Assembly (NCBI GenBank): GCA_913044215.1
Contig: CAJWOT010000003.1
Location: 1 to 48,123 of the forward strand
Origin: an uncultured Rhodospirillaceae bacterium
GTDB lineage: Bacteria; Pseudomonadota; Alphaproteobacteria; UBA8366; GCA-2717185
Direction of reading: 5' to 3'
Length of the DNA: 48,123 bases
The notes below the pieces were generated by a model. The model worked only from the letters and a program-made list of their open reading frames with translations, ran no database searches and was not told the DNA's origin. The position numbers were made by a program, and so were the translations under genes. Positions 40,507-48,123 of this stretch are shown here, piece by piece. Within the stretch, counting starts at the first letter, position 1, and the number at the start of each line of letters is the position of its first letter.

Positions 40507-42957
40507 ATGTCAAAAAGAATGCTTATCGACGCCACCCATGCGGAAGAAACCAGGGTGGTGGTCGTCGACGGCAACCGGCTCGAAGATTTCGACTACGAGT
40601 CAGCCACAAAAAAACAACTCAAAGGCAATGTCTACCTGGCGAAAATCACCCGGGTAGAGCCCTCGCTGCAAGCCGCTTTCGTCGAATATGGCGGCAATCG
40701 GCACGGGTTCCTGTCGTTCAACGAAATTCATCCGGACTACTATCAGATCCCCGTCGCCGATCGGGAGAAGCTGGTCGCGGACGAGGCCGACAGCGAAGAC
40801 GATGAAGCCGGTGAAGAAGGCGACAGCGTCGAAGAGGTTGGCGGCGACGAAGTCGAAGAAGAGGTTGAGCGGCGACGCCGGCCGTCCTATCGCGGCTACA
40901 AGATCCAGGAAGTCATCAAGCGCCGGCAAATCGTGCTGGTGCAGATCGTCAAGGAAGAGCGCGGCAACAAAGGCGCGGCGCTGACGACCTATCTGTCGCT
41001 GGCGGGCCGGTACTGCGTCCTGATGCCGAACACCAACCGCGGCGGCGGAATCAGCCGGAAAATTTCCAACCCCAAGGACCGGAAACGGCTCAAGACGGTG
41101 CTCGACGGTCTGAACATCCCGGAAGGGATCGCGGTCATCGTGCGCACCGCCGGCGCCGAACGGTCAAAGGCGGAGATCAAGCGCGATTACGACTATCTCA
41201 TGAAACAATGGGATCAGATCCGCGAACTGACGCTCGCCTCCACGGCACCCGCCCTGATCAACGAGGAAGCCAATCTGATCAAACGGTCGATCCGGGACCT
41301 TTACTCGAAAAACATCGAACAGATCCTGGTCGAAGGCGATACGGGATACCGGCTGGCCAAGGATTTCATGAAAACGCTGATCCCGAGCCACGCGGTGCGG
41401 GTGAAACCCTACAAGGATGGCGGCATCCCGATTTTTCATCGCTATCAGGTGGAAAACCAGATCGACGCCATCCACAACCAGACGGTCCAGTTGAAGTCCG
41501 GCGGCTATATCGTCCTCGATTCGACGGAAGCCCTGGTTGCGATCGACGTGAATTCCGGCCGGTCGACCCGCGAACGGAATATCGAAGAGACAGCGCTGAA
41601 GACCAATGTCGAGGCGGCGGAGGAAATCGCCCGGCAACTGCGGCTGCGCGATCTCGCAGGCCTGATCGTCATCGACTTTATCGACATGGAACACTCGCGC
41701 AACATCCACGCGGTGGAGCGCAAGCTGAAGGAATCGCTTAAGGCAGACCGTGCCCGGATCCAGGTTGGGCGGATCAGTCATTTCGGCCTGTTGGAAATGT
41801 CTCGCCAGCGGCTTCGGCCGAGCCTGGCGGAAGTGTCCAGCAATGTTTGCCCGACCTGTGGCGGGGCCGGCCATGTCCGGTCGATCGAGTCGACCGCGCT
41901 GCATGTCCTGCGGGCGATCGAGGAAGAGGGCATTCGCAAACGCTCCGCGCAGATCACGGTGCACGTACCGACCGCGGTCGCCTTGTACGTCCTGAACCAA
42001 AAGCGGGTGACCCTTGCCGAGATCGAGTCGCGATACGATCTGACCGTTTCGATCGAAACCGACGACAGCCTCATTCCGCCCGAGTACCGGCTCGACCGGA
42101 CGCGGGGGACGGATCAGTCCGATGCGGAGGCGCCCGAGAGCAACGCCACGGCGGATGACGGCGAGCAGGCGGAAGGCGGCAGACGGAAACGCCGGTCGCG
42201 GCGGCGGCGCTCGAAACGGCGTGATGACGAAACGGTCGAAACGACCGAGACGACCGAGGAGCAAGTCGAAAAGTCCGAGTCGGATGCTGGCGAGGACGCC
42301 GCCGACACATCGGAAGCGGAAACCAGCGATACCGAGGGTGAGCCGAGGAAACGCCGGCGTCGGGGACGACGCGGCGGACGTCGCAGATCCCGGAAGCCGG
42401 AGAGCACGGAAGAAACCGTTACCGCAAGCGAAGACGCGGAAACCGACGGCGCGGTAGCGCTGGAAGCGGACACGTCAGCGGAAACGGCAACCGATGCCGA
42501 AACCGAACAAACCGCGGAAGATGGCGAAGCGCCGCAAACAGATGCGGAAGCGGAACCCGAGGAAAAGAAGAAACCGCGTCGCAGGCGGTCCAAGAAGGCG
42601 GAGACGTCCGGCGAGGAATCCAGCGAAGACGCCAAACCCAAACGCCGTCGCGCACCGCGCAGGAAAGCTAAAACGGACGATGCTGCGGAAGCGGATAGCG
42701 AAGCGCAGCCGGAGGCAGCCGCTGCTGATGAGGCACCTACAGCCGAAGAACCGGTTGCGAGCAACGATGCAGCGCCGGAACCGGAAGTGACCGAAGAGAC
42801 ATCGCCAGAACCGGTTGTGGCTGAAACGCCGGCAGCGGAGCCAACCGAACCGTCTCCGGAACCTGAGCCCGTGCCGATGGCCGCCAGCGCGCCGGAAACC
42901 GAGCCCGAGCCGGATAAACCGAAACGCGGCGGCTGGTGGCAGAAAATTATGCGCTAA
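40507..42957 (+). CDS. rne: Ribonuclease E
   Basis: MSKRMLIDA, EPSLQAAFV, IDVNSG, DFIDM and CPTC Zn-link motifs, plus a disordered C-terminus ending GGWW. GGAG RBS. Confidence 0.97.
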   Translation: MSKRMLIDATHAEETRVVVVDGNRLEDFDYESATKKQLKGNVYLAKITRVEPSLQAAFVEYGGNRHGFLSFNEIHPDYYQIPVADREKLVADEADSEDDEAGEEGDSVEEVGGDEVEEEVERRRRPSYRGYKIQEVIKRRQIVLVQIVKEERGNKGAALTTYLSLAGRYCVLMPNTNRGGGISRKISNPKDRKRLKTVLDGLNIPEGIAVIVRTAGAERSKAEIKRDYDYLMKQWDQIRELTLASTAPALINEEANLIKRSIRDLYSKNIEQILVEGDTGYRLAKDFMKTLIPSHAVRVKPYKDGGIPIFHRYQVENQIDAIHNQTVQLKSGGYIVLDSTEALVAIDVNSGRSTRERNIEETALKTNVEAAEEIARQLRLRDLAGLIVIDFIDMEHSRNIHAVERKLKESLKADRARIQVGRISHFGLLEMSRQRLRPSLAEVSSNVCPTCGGAGHVRSIESTALHVLRAIEEEGIRKRSAQITVHVPTAVALYVLNQKRVTLAEIESRYDLTVSIETDDSLIPPEYRLDRTRGTDQSDAEAPESNATADDGEQAEGGRRKRRSRRRRSKRRDDETVETTETTEEQVEKSESDAGEDAADTSEAETSDTEGEPRKRRRRGRRGGRRRSRKPESTEETVTASEDAETDGAVALEADTSAETATDAETEQTAEDGEAPQTDAEAEPEEKKKPRRRRSKKAETSGEESSEDAKPKRRRAPRRKAKTDDAAEADSEAQPEAAAADEAPTAEEPVASNDAAPEPEVTEETSPEPVVAETPAAEPTEPSPEPEPVPMAASAPETEPEPDKPKRGGWWQKIMR

Positions 42958-42967
42958 CCGGCGGGCC

Positions 42968-44125
42968 TTAACCCTCTCGCCAATCCTGCAGCGCCTTCGC
43001 GGCCGCGGCCATGGTTTCGGTGGTGCCGGCGAAGCTGAACCGCACGAACCGATTGCCGCGATCGGGATCGAAATCGATACCCGGCGTGATGGCGACGCCG
43101 GTCTCGGCCAGGATGACCCGGCAGAATGCGTCGCTATCGTTCGTCATGTGCGACACGTCGGCATAGAGGTAGAACGCACCGTCCGCGGGCGCGATGCTGT
43201 CAAACCCGGCTTTCGGCAATTCTTCCAGCAAGAGCTCGCGATTGCGGGCGTACTGCGCAACATTGCGGTCCAACTCCTCCGAACAGTCCAGCGCCGCAAC
43301 CGCGGCGATCTGCGACAACGTCGGCGGCGAGATGTACAGATTTTGGCTCAGGCTTTCGGTCACCCTCAGCAGATCCTCCGGCATCACCATCCAGCCCAAA
43401 CGCCATCCGGTCATCGAAAAATATTTGGAGAAACTGTTGATGATGACGGCGTCCTGGGTAAAGGAAAGCGCGCTGTCAGCATCCGCGCCGTAGGTGATGC
43501 CATGGTAGATTTCATCGGAGACCAGGCGGATATCATGCGCGCCGCAATAGGCCACCAGTTCCCGAAACGATTTGGAATCGAGCATGGTCCCCGTCGGGTT
43601 TGACGGGCTGGCGACGATCAAGCCGGCGAGCGGCCCCGCCTCAAGCGCCTTGTCCAGCAGCGCCGGCGTCGGTTGAAAACGGTCCGACAATTCGGCCGGC
43701 AGCAGAACCGGCTCAATGCCGAGCGCGGACAGGATATTTCGATAACAAGGATAGCCCGGGGCCGCCAGCGCGACACGGTCGCCCGGATCGAATGCGGCCA
43801 AGAAGGCCAGAACGAAACCGGCCGACGACCCGGTCGTCGCCACAATCCGCTCCGGTGCCACATTCAGGCCGTAATAGTCGCCATATCGCTTTGCCACCGC
43901 TTCACGGATATCCGGAATACCCAGCGCATCGGTATAGCCAAGACGCTCGGCGCGTAATGCATTCTCGGCGGCCCGCAATGCGCCTTCCGGTGCACTGGTC
44001 CCCGGCTGACCGACCTCCAGGTGATGGACGGCTTGTTTGGCGATTTCACGTTCGTTCGCCGCCCGCATAACTTCCATGACGAAGAAGGGCGGGATGTCCA
44101 GCGCCCGCTGCGACACTTTCAGCAT
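42968..44125 (-). CDS. PLP-dependent aminotransferase class I/II
   Basis: HLEVGQP, ASPSNPTG, SDEIYHG and SFSKYFSMTGWRLG motifs. Confidence 0.92.
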   Translation of the reverse strand: MLKVSQRALDIPPFFVMEVMRAANEREIAKQAVHHLEVGQPGTSAPEGALRAAENALRAERLGYTDALGIPDIREAVAKRYGDYYGLNVAPERIVATTGSSAGFVLAFLAAFDPGDRVALAAPGYPCYRNILSALGIEPVLLPAELSDRFQPTPALLDKALEAGPLAGLIVASPSNPTGTMLDSKSFRELVAYCGAHDIRLVSDEIYHGITYGADADSALSFTQDAVIINSFSKYFSMTGWRLGWMVMPEDLLRVTESLSQNLYISPPTLSQIAAVAALDCSEELDRNVAQYARNRELLLEELPKAGFDSIAPADGAFYLYADVSHMTNDSDAFCRVILAETGVAITPGIDFDPDRGNRFVRFSFAGTTETMAAAAKALQDWREG

Positions 44126-44136
44126 TTCATCGTCTC

Positions 44137-45876
44137 CTACCGTTCCGGTTCAGCCGCCAAACCGGCGCCGCGCGGATCGGCATATACGAAGCAGGCAATA
44201 TTCTCAGTGCGCACGTCGAGGCCAAGCGGGCATTCCACCGCGTTTACCTTCCCCAAGGCCGGCACGACCGCCGTCTTGTGACCACGCTGTTCCAAGTCAC
44301 GCTTGAAATTCTCGGGAACCGCGGCTTCCAATACGGCGATATCGGGTGCGCCGCCATGATGCACCCGGGGCGCTTCGATCGCCTTTTCCAAGGTGACTCC
44401 CTGCTGCATCGAGGTGGCCAACACGGAAGTTGTGGCCGTCATCGCTGCGGCTCCGCCCGATCCGGCGATTGCGTAGCGAAAACTTTGAAACTCCGCGTCA
44501 AAGGACAGAACCGGACCGAGGGAAAGCGCATTGCGATCCGCTTGCCCAGGCGCCGCGGCAAGAACGATCCCGGTACCCGGCGCAACGCGCCCGGTGCCGA
44601 ACAAATTATAATTGGTTAGATTACAAGCTACCGCCAAACCCACTAGGTCGACGATTACGAACCCGGTACCGGCGGGATTCTCCCGAACGGGCGCTGGCAC
44701 CGGATCCAGCTTCGCGATTGGAGTCGCTGCGCTGCGGTTGAAGGATGCCATGAGTGATTGCGCGTTGCCGGGATTCGCAAAAGCCTGCTCCGCCTTCACG
44801 GTCCCAACGGACTGCAACCAGCTAGGCCGTGCACCGAAGGCGCGCTTCGCCGTCTCCAAAAGCAGATGCAGCCGCGCTGCACCGGCAGCCCCCTGAAAGC
44901 GGTTTTCCATTGCCAACATGTTCCACATCAAGCCGCTCGCAATGCCGCCGCCCGCCGGTGCAGGAACAAAATTCACAATCTGGTCGTCATACGGAATCGC
45001 AACGGGCTTGCGCCAACGCGGGACATAATTTCGCAAATCTTCTACGGAAAGGGTGCCGCCAGCATCCTGTACCGCCTTTACGATCCGTGCCGCCAAGGGC
45101 CCTTCATAGAATGACGTGACCCCTCCCGCTCGGAGTGCCGCGTAGGTATCCGCGAGATCCTGCTGGATGTGGCGGTCGCCCTCTTCAAAGGGCCTGCCAT
45201 CCGGTCGCGCAAATACCCTTCGGGCGTTGGGGTCCTGAAAAAGCGGTTTCGCCGCAAGCACCATCTCCCGCGCTGCCGCTCGCGACACGATATGACCGAA
45301 CCGCGCCTTTTTCTCGGTCTTCGCCAATATTTCCCGAAGTTCAGATTGCCCGTAACGGACCTGCAATGCCGCCAGTCCCCGCAACAAGGTGGGAATAGCA
45401 CTGGGTCGATCGGCCCGCGCGTTCGATGTGCCTGGCGGCGCGATGAAGTCGATAACTTCTGTTTTCTTTTGACCCGGGTCATGCACGATGCAGACCCCAC
45501 CGCCGCCCAAACTGATGGATGACGGCATCGTAACTGTCATTGTCAAGGCGAGCGCAACCGCCGCATCGGCTGCCGTTCCCCCGAATTTTAGGACATCTTC
45601 CGCCGCTATGACGGCATTGGGTTCATCCCCTGCGATAGCGCCAAAGAAAACAACGTTGCTGTTGATCAGGGTACTCCTGGTCTGGCTACGGGATTCCGAG
45701 CCGGGCAAAATACCGGAGAGGCCAGAAAATATGCCCGATTTACCGTCTGACCCGCTGTCACCGCCGCATCCGACGGTCAGCGCAGCGGCCAGAGCGAGCG
45801 CAATCACTTGATTGCTGCGGCGATAGACCCCGGCTATGGTGCGGGCTCTCAGGAGATTCGGCACGTCAATGCGCAT
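44137..45876 (-). CDS. Gamma-glutamyltransferase-like protein, probable lipoprotein; start uncertain (45888/45876/45864/45807)
   Basis: GGTAADAAVA, SLGGGG, IDF, FYEG, LFGTG....GTGI.L and APRVH...ADPR GGT motifs; LTVGC lipobox. Confidence 0.82.
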   Translation of the reverse strand: MRIDVPNLLRARTIAGVYRRSNQVIALALAAALTVGCGGDSGSDGKSGIFSGLSGILPGSESRSQTRSTLINSNVVFFGAIAGDEPNAVIAAEDVLKFGGTAADAAVALALTMTVTMPSSISLGGGGVCIVHDPGQKKTEVIDFIAPPGTSNARADRPSAIPTLLRGLAALQVRYGQSELREILAKTEKKARFGHIVSRAAAREMVLAAKPLFQDPNARRVFARPDGRPFEEGDRHIQQDLADTYAALRAGGVTSFYEGPLAARIVKAVQDAGGTLSVEDLRNYVPRWRKPVAIPYDDQIVNFVPAPAGGGIASGLMWNMLAMENRFQGAAGAARLHLLLETAKRAFGARPSWLQSVGTVKAEQAFANPGNAQSLMASFNRSAATPIAKLDPVPAPVRENPAGTGFVIVDLVGLAVACNLTNYNLFGTGRVAPGTGIVLAAAPGQADRNALSLGPVLSFDAEFQSFRYAIAGSGGAAAMTATTSVLATSMQQGVTLEKAIEAPRVHHGGAPDIAVLEAAVPENFKRDLEQRGHKTAVVPALGKVNAVECPLGLDVRTENIACFVYADPRGAGLAAEPER

Positions 45877-47224
45877 AAAATGTTCCAAATATGTTAGCCG
45901 TTTTCTGGCGGTTTTCGGGGCTGTTCTGATTACGCTGTCCGGTCAGACGACGGCAAGCGCTATTTCGCTGATCCGCGACACGGAGATCGAAAATACCATT
46001 CGCGTGTACTCCCAGCCGATCTTCGAAGCCGCCGGTCTCGAAACCGGCGATATCCAGATTCACATCGTCAATGACCCGTCCCTGAACGCCTTTGTCGCCG
46101 GCGGGCAAAGACTTTTCATCAATACAGGCCTGCTTATGAAAGCGGAAAATGCCGGCCAGGTCATCGGTGTGATTGCGCATGAGACCGGTCACATCTCCGG
46201 CGGCCATCTGGTCCGGCTACAGGAAAGCCTCAAAAACAACACCGCGAAAACTATTCTGACACTCGTCCTCGGTGGCATTGCCGCCGTCGCCACCGGCCAG
46301 GGCGAAGCCGCGGGCGCCGTTGTCGCGGGCGGTGCGACCTTGCAGCAGCGCTCGCTGCTCAGCTACACACGCACGATGGAACAGTCCGCCGATCAAGCCG
46401 CGGCCCTTTTCTTGGATGAGGCAGGCTATTCCGGGCGCGGCCTTTTGCAGTTTCTAAGCACGCTGTCGGGACAGGAACTCCTTTCCGCGGGCCGTCAGGA
46501 TCCCTATCTGCGCTCGCACCCGTTGACCCGGGACCGCATCGAATTCATGCGCAACCATGTTGCGACGTCGCGCCATTCGGACACACCGCTGCGTAAGGAT
46601 CTTGTAGAGGCGCACGACCGGATGCGGGCGAAGCTAAAGGGTTTCATCAATCCGCCTTCGCGCACTCTGCGCGAATACAAAGCCGACGATACCAGTTTTT
46701 CGGCACGATATGCCCGGGCGGTGGCCTTCAAAAAACAATTCAAAATCGACGAAGCGCTGGCCCTGCTGGACGGACTGATCGTGGAATCGCCAAACGATCC
46801 GTTCCTTTACGAACTGAAGGGTGACGTATTGCAGGATGCCGGACGGGTCGCCGATTCTATTCCACCATATGAAAAAGCAGTTGAAATGTTGCCGTGGGCC
46901 GCACTGATCAGGGTCAGTCTCGCTCAATCGCAGCTTGAATTGAAGGACCGCCGGTCGAGCGACGCGGCGCTCGAGAACTTGCAACAGGCCGTCCGCTACG
47001 AGCCGGAAATGCCGCTGCTTTGGCGTCTTCTCGCCACCGCCCACGCACGCAATGACGACCAGGCCCATGTGATGCTGTCGCTCGCGGAAGAGGCGTTGCT
47101 AAGGGGCAAGAAGTCCGAAGCCCGTCAACGGTCCAAACGGGCGATGGATTTGCTGCCGGAAGGCACCGCCGGTTGGATACGCGCACAGGATATTCACCAA
47201 GCCGCCAAGAAGAAAAAGAAATAG
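45869..47224 (+). CDS. M48 family metalloprotease with TPR-like C-terminus (BepA/YfgC-like)
   Basis: Signal peptide, LIRDTEIE, NAF, AHETGH, E..AD and YLRSHP motifs. Confidence 0.9.
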   Translation: MRIKCSKYVSRFLAVFGAVLITLSGQTTASAISLIRDTEIENTIRVYSQPIFEAAGLETGDIQIHIVNDPSLNAFVAGGQRLFINTGLLMKAENAGQVIGVIAHETGHISGGHLVRLQESLKNNTAKTILTLVLGGIAAVATGQGEAAGAVVAGGATLQQRSLLSYTRTMEQSADQAAALFLDEAGYSGRGLLQFLSTLSGQELLSAGRQDPYLRSHPLTRDRIEFMRNHVATSRHSDTPLRKDLVEAHDRMRAKLKGFINPPSRTLREYKADDTSFSARYARAVAFKKQFKIDEALALLDGLIVESPNDPFLYELKGDVLQDAGRVADSIPPYEKAVEMLPWAALIRVSLAQSQLELKDRRSSDAALENLQQAVRYEPEMPLLWRLLATAHARNDDQAHVMLSLAEEALLRGKKSEARQRSKRAMDLLPEGTAGWIRAQDIHQAAKKKKK

Positions 47225-47287
47225 GCCGCTCGTAAACACCGTCATCGCCGCGTTGGGCAGGACACGGCAAACCGCAAGGAACATCGC

Positions 47288-48028
47288 GTGAAGCTCTTTT
47301 CCTCTTTTTGTTTCGCTACACTAATCGTTGCCGCGACGGCAATACTATCCGCCGCCCAGGTATCAGCCAAGGACAAGTCCGCTATCGAGGAGATCGTTCG
47401 GCAATATATCCTCGAGAATCCTGAGGTCATTACTGAAGCGCTTGAACGGCTTCAGGAGCGCGAGAGACTGGCGCAGGAAAAGGCGCAACAGCACGCTCTT
47501 AAACAGAGTGCGGCGGCGCTCTACCAGCACCCCATGACGCCGGAACATGGCAATCCTAAAGGGGATGCGGTTGTCGTCGAGTTCTTCGACTATCAATGCG
47601 GTTACTGCAAACGCGTCTTACCCTCCCTCATGGAGGTAATCGACTCCGACAAGAATCTTCGGGTGATCTGGAAGGAACTGCCGATCCTGGGACCGGTCTC
47701 GCGTTTCGCCGCCCGCGCGGCCATGGCGTCGGACAAACAGGGGAAATACCTCGAATACCATATCGCCCTGATGGCGTTGCGGGGCCGGCTGACCGAAAAA
47801 CGGGTCATGGAAACCGCGAAAAGCGTTGGCCTCGATATAGGACGGCTGATCGAGGATATGGGATCGCCGAAAATCGACCGCTATCTCGATGAGACGCTGC
47901 GGCTTGCCGAAGCTTTGGGAATCAATGGTACACCGGCATTCCTGATAGGAAACCAGCTGGTCCCGGGCGCGATAAGCGCCGATCAATTGCGTCAAATCAT
48001 CGCGCAATCACGGGAACCGAAGGGCTAG
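47288..48028 (+). CDS. DsbA-family thioredoxin-fold protein (ScsC/Com1-like)
   Basis: Signal peptide, YILENPEV, EFFDYQCGYCK and GTP cis-Pro loop. Confidence 0.9.
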   Translation: MKLFSSFCFATLIVAATAILSAAQVSAKDKSAIEEIVRQYILENPEVITEALERLQERERLAQEKAQQHALKQSAAALYQHPMTPEHGNPKGDAVVVEFFDYQCGYCKRVLPSLMEVIDSDKNLRVIWKELPILGPVSRFAARAAMASDKQGKYLEYHIALMALRGRLTEKRVMETAKSVGLDIGRLIEDMGSPKIDRYLDETLRLAEALGINGTPAFLIGNQLVPGAISADQLRQIIAQSREPKG

Positions 48029-48123
48029 CTCAGATCGCGACCCGCTCTAAGGCACCGCATCCGACAAATTTTCGATCGGAAGCGGTTCGATCCTGTCTGC
48101 CGGGGTGAAGCCGAAAATCATTC

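Noticed and set aside
42770-42915. Short GAACCG/GAGCCC-type repeats as a tandem or CRISPR-like array
   Set aside because: They encode the Pro-Glu low-complexity tail of RNase E; there are no constant repeats with spacers and no cas genes.

Overview
GC-rich alphaproteobacterial chromosome segment. Gene order and content suggest a Rhodospirillales-like organism (inference). Most of it is core genome. From left to right: a HisD-family paralog cut by the window edge; a cold-shock module (rhlE-like DEAD helicase, csp, and a 52-aa ORF missed by the ORF track); a catabolic cassette (TauD, SDR, PhyH, GST); a second csp and tRNA-Met(CAT). Next is an ~11.6 kb minus-strand Fe-S/sulfur block: cysE-iscR-cysteine desulfurase-fdx-tenA, then Rrf2-sufBCDS-sufU-sufT-sufA-mnmA-hypothetical. 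It is followed by an alpha/beta hydrolase, anmK, tyrS, a YhdP/AsmA-like gene, glnE and bcp. A patch of accessory enzymes follows (aminotransferase, FAH protein, REP-like doublet, DUF455, RidA, Cys-less maleate-isomerase-like protein, FAD monooxygenase, crotonase). The window ends with prfB (+1 frameshift), PBP1A, amiC, rne, an aminotransferase, a GGT-like lipoprotein, an M48 protease and a DsbA-like protein. I saw no CRISPR, integrase, transposase, phage or rRNA genes, and I cannot support a clearly new system from sequence alone. The best leads are: the hybrid ISC-remnant/SUF+SufU locus with an embedded tenA and a palindromic operator; the FAD monooxygenase paired with a Cys-less isomerase; the double Fe/2OG-dioxygenase cassette; the unannotated small protein; and the GGT homolog lacking its nucleophile.
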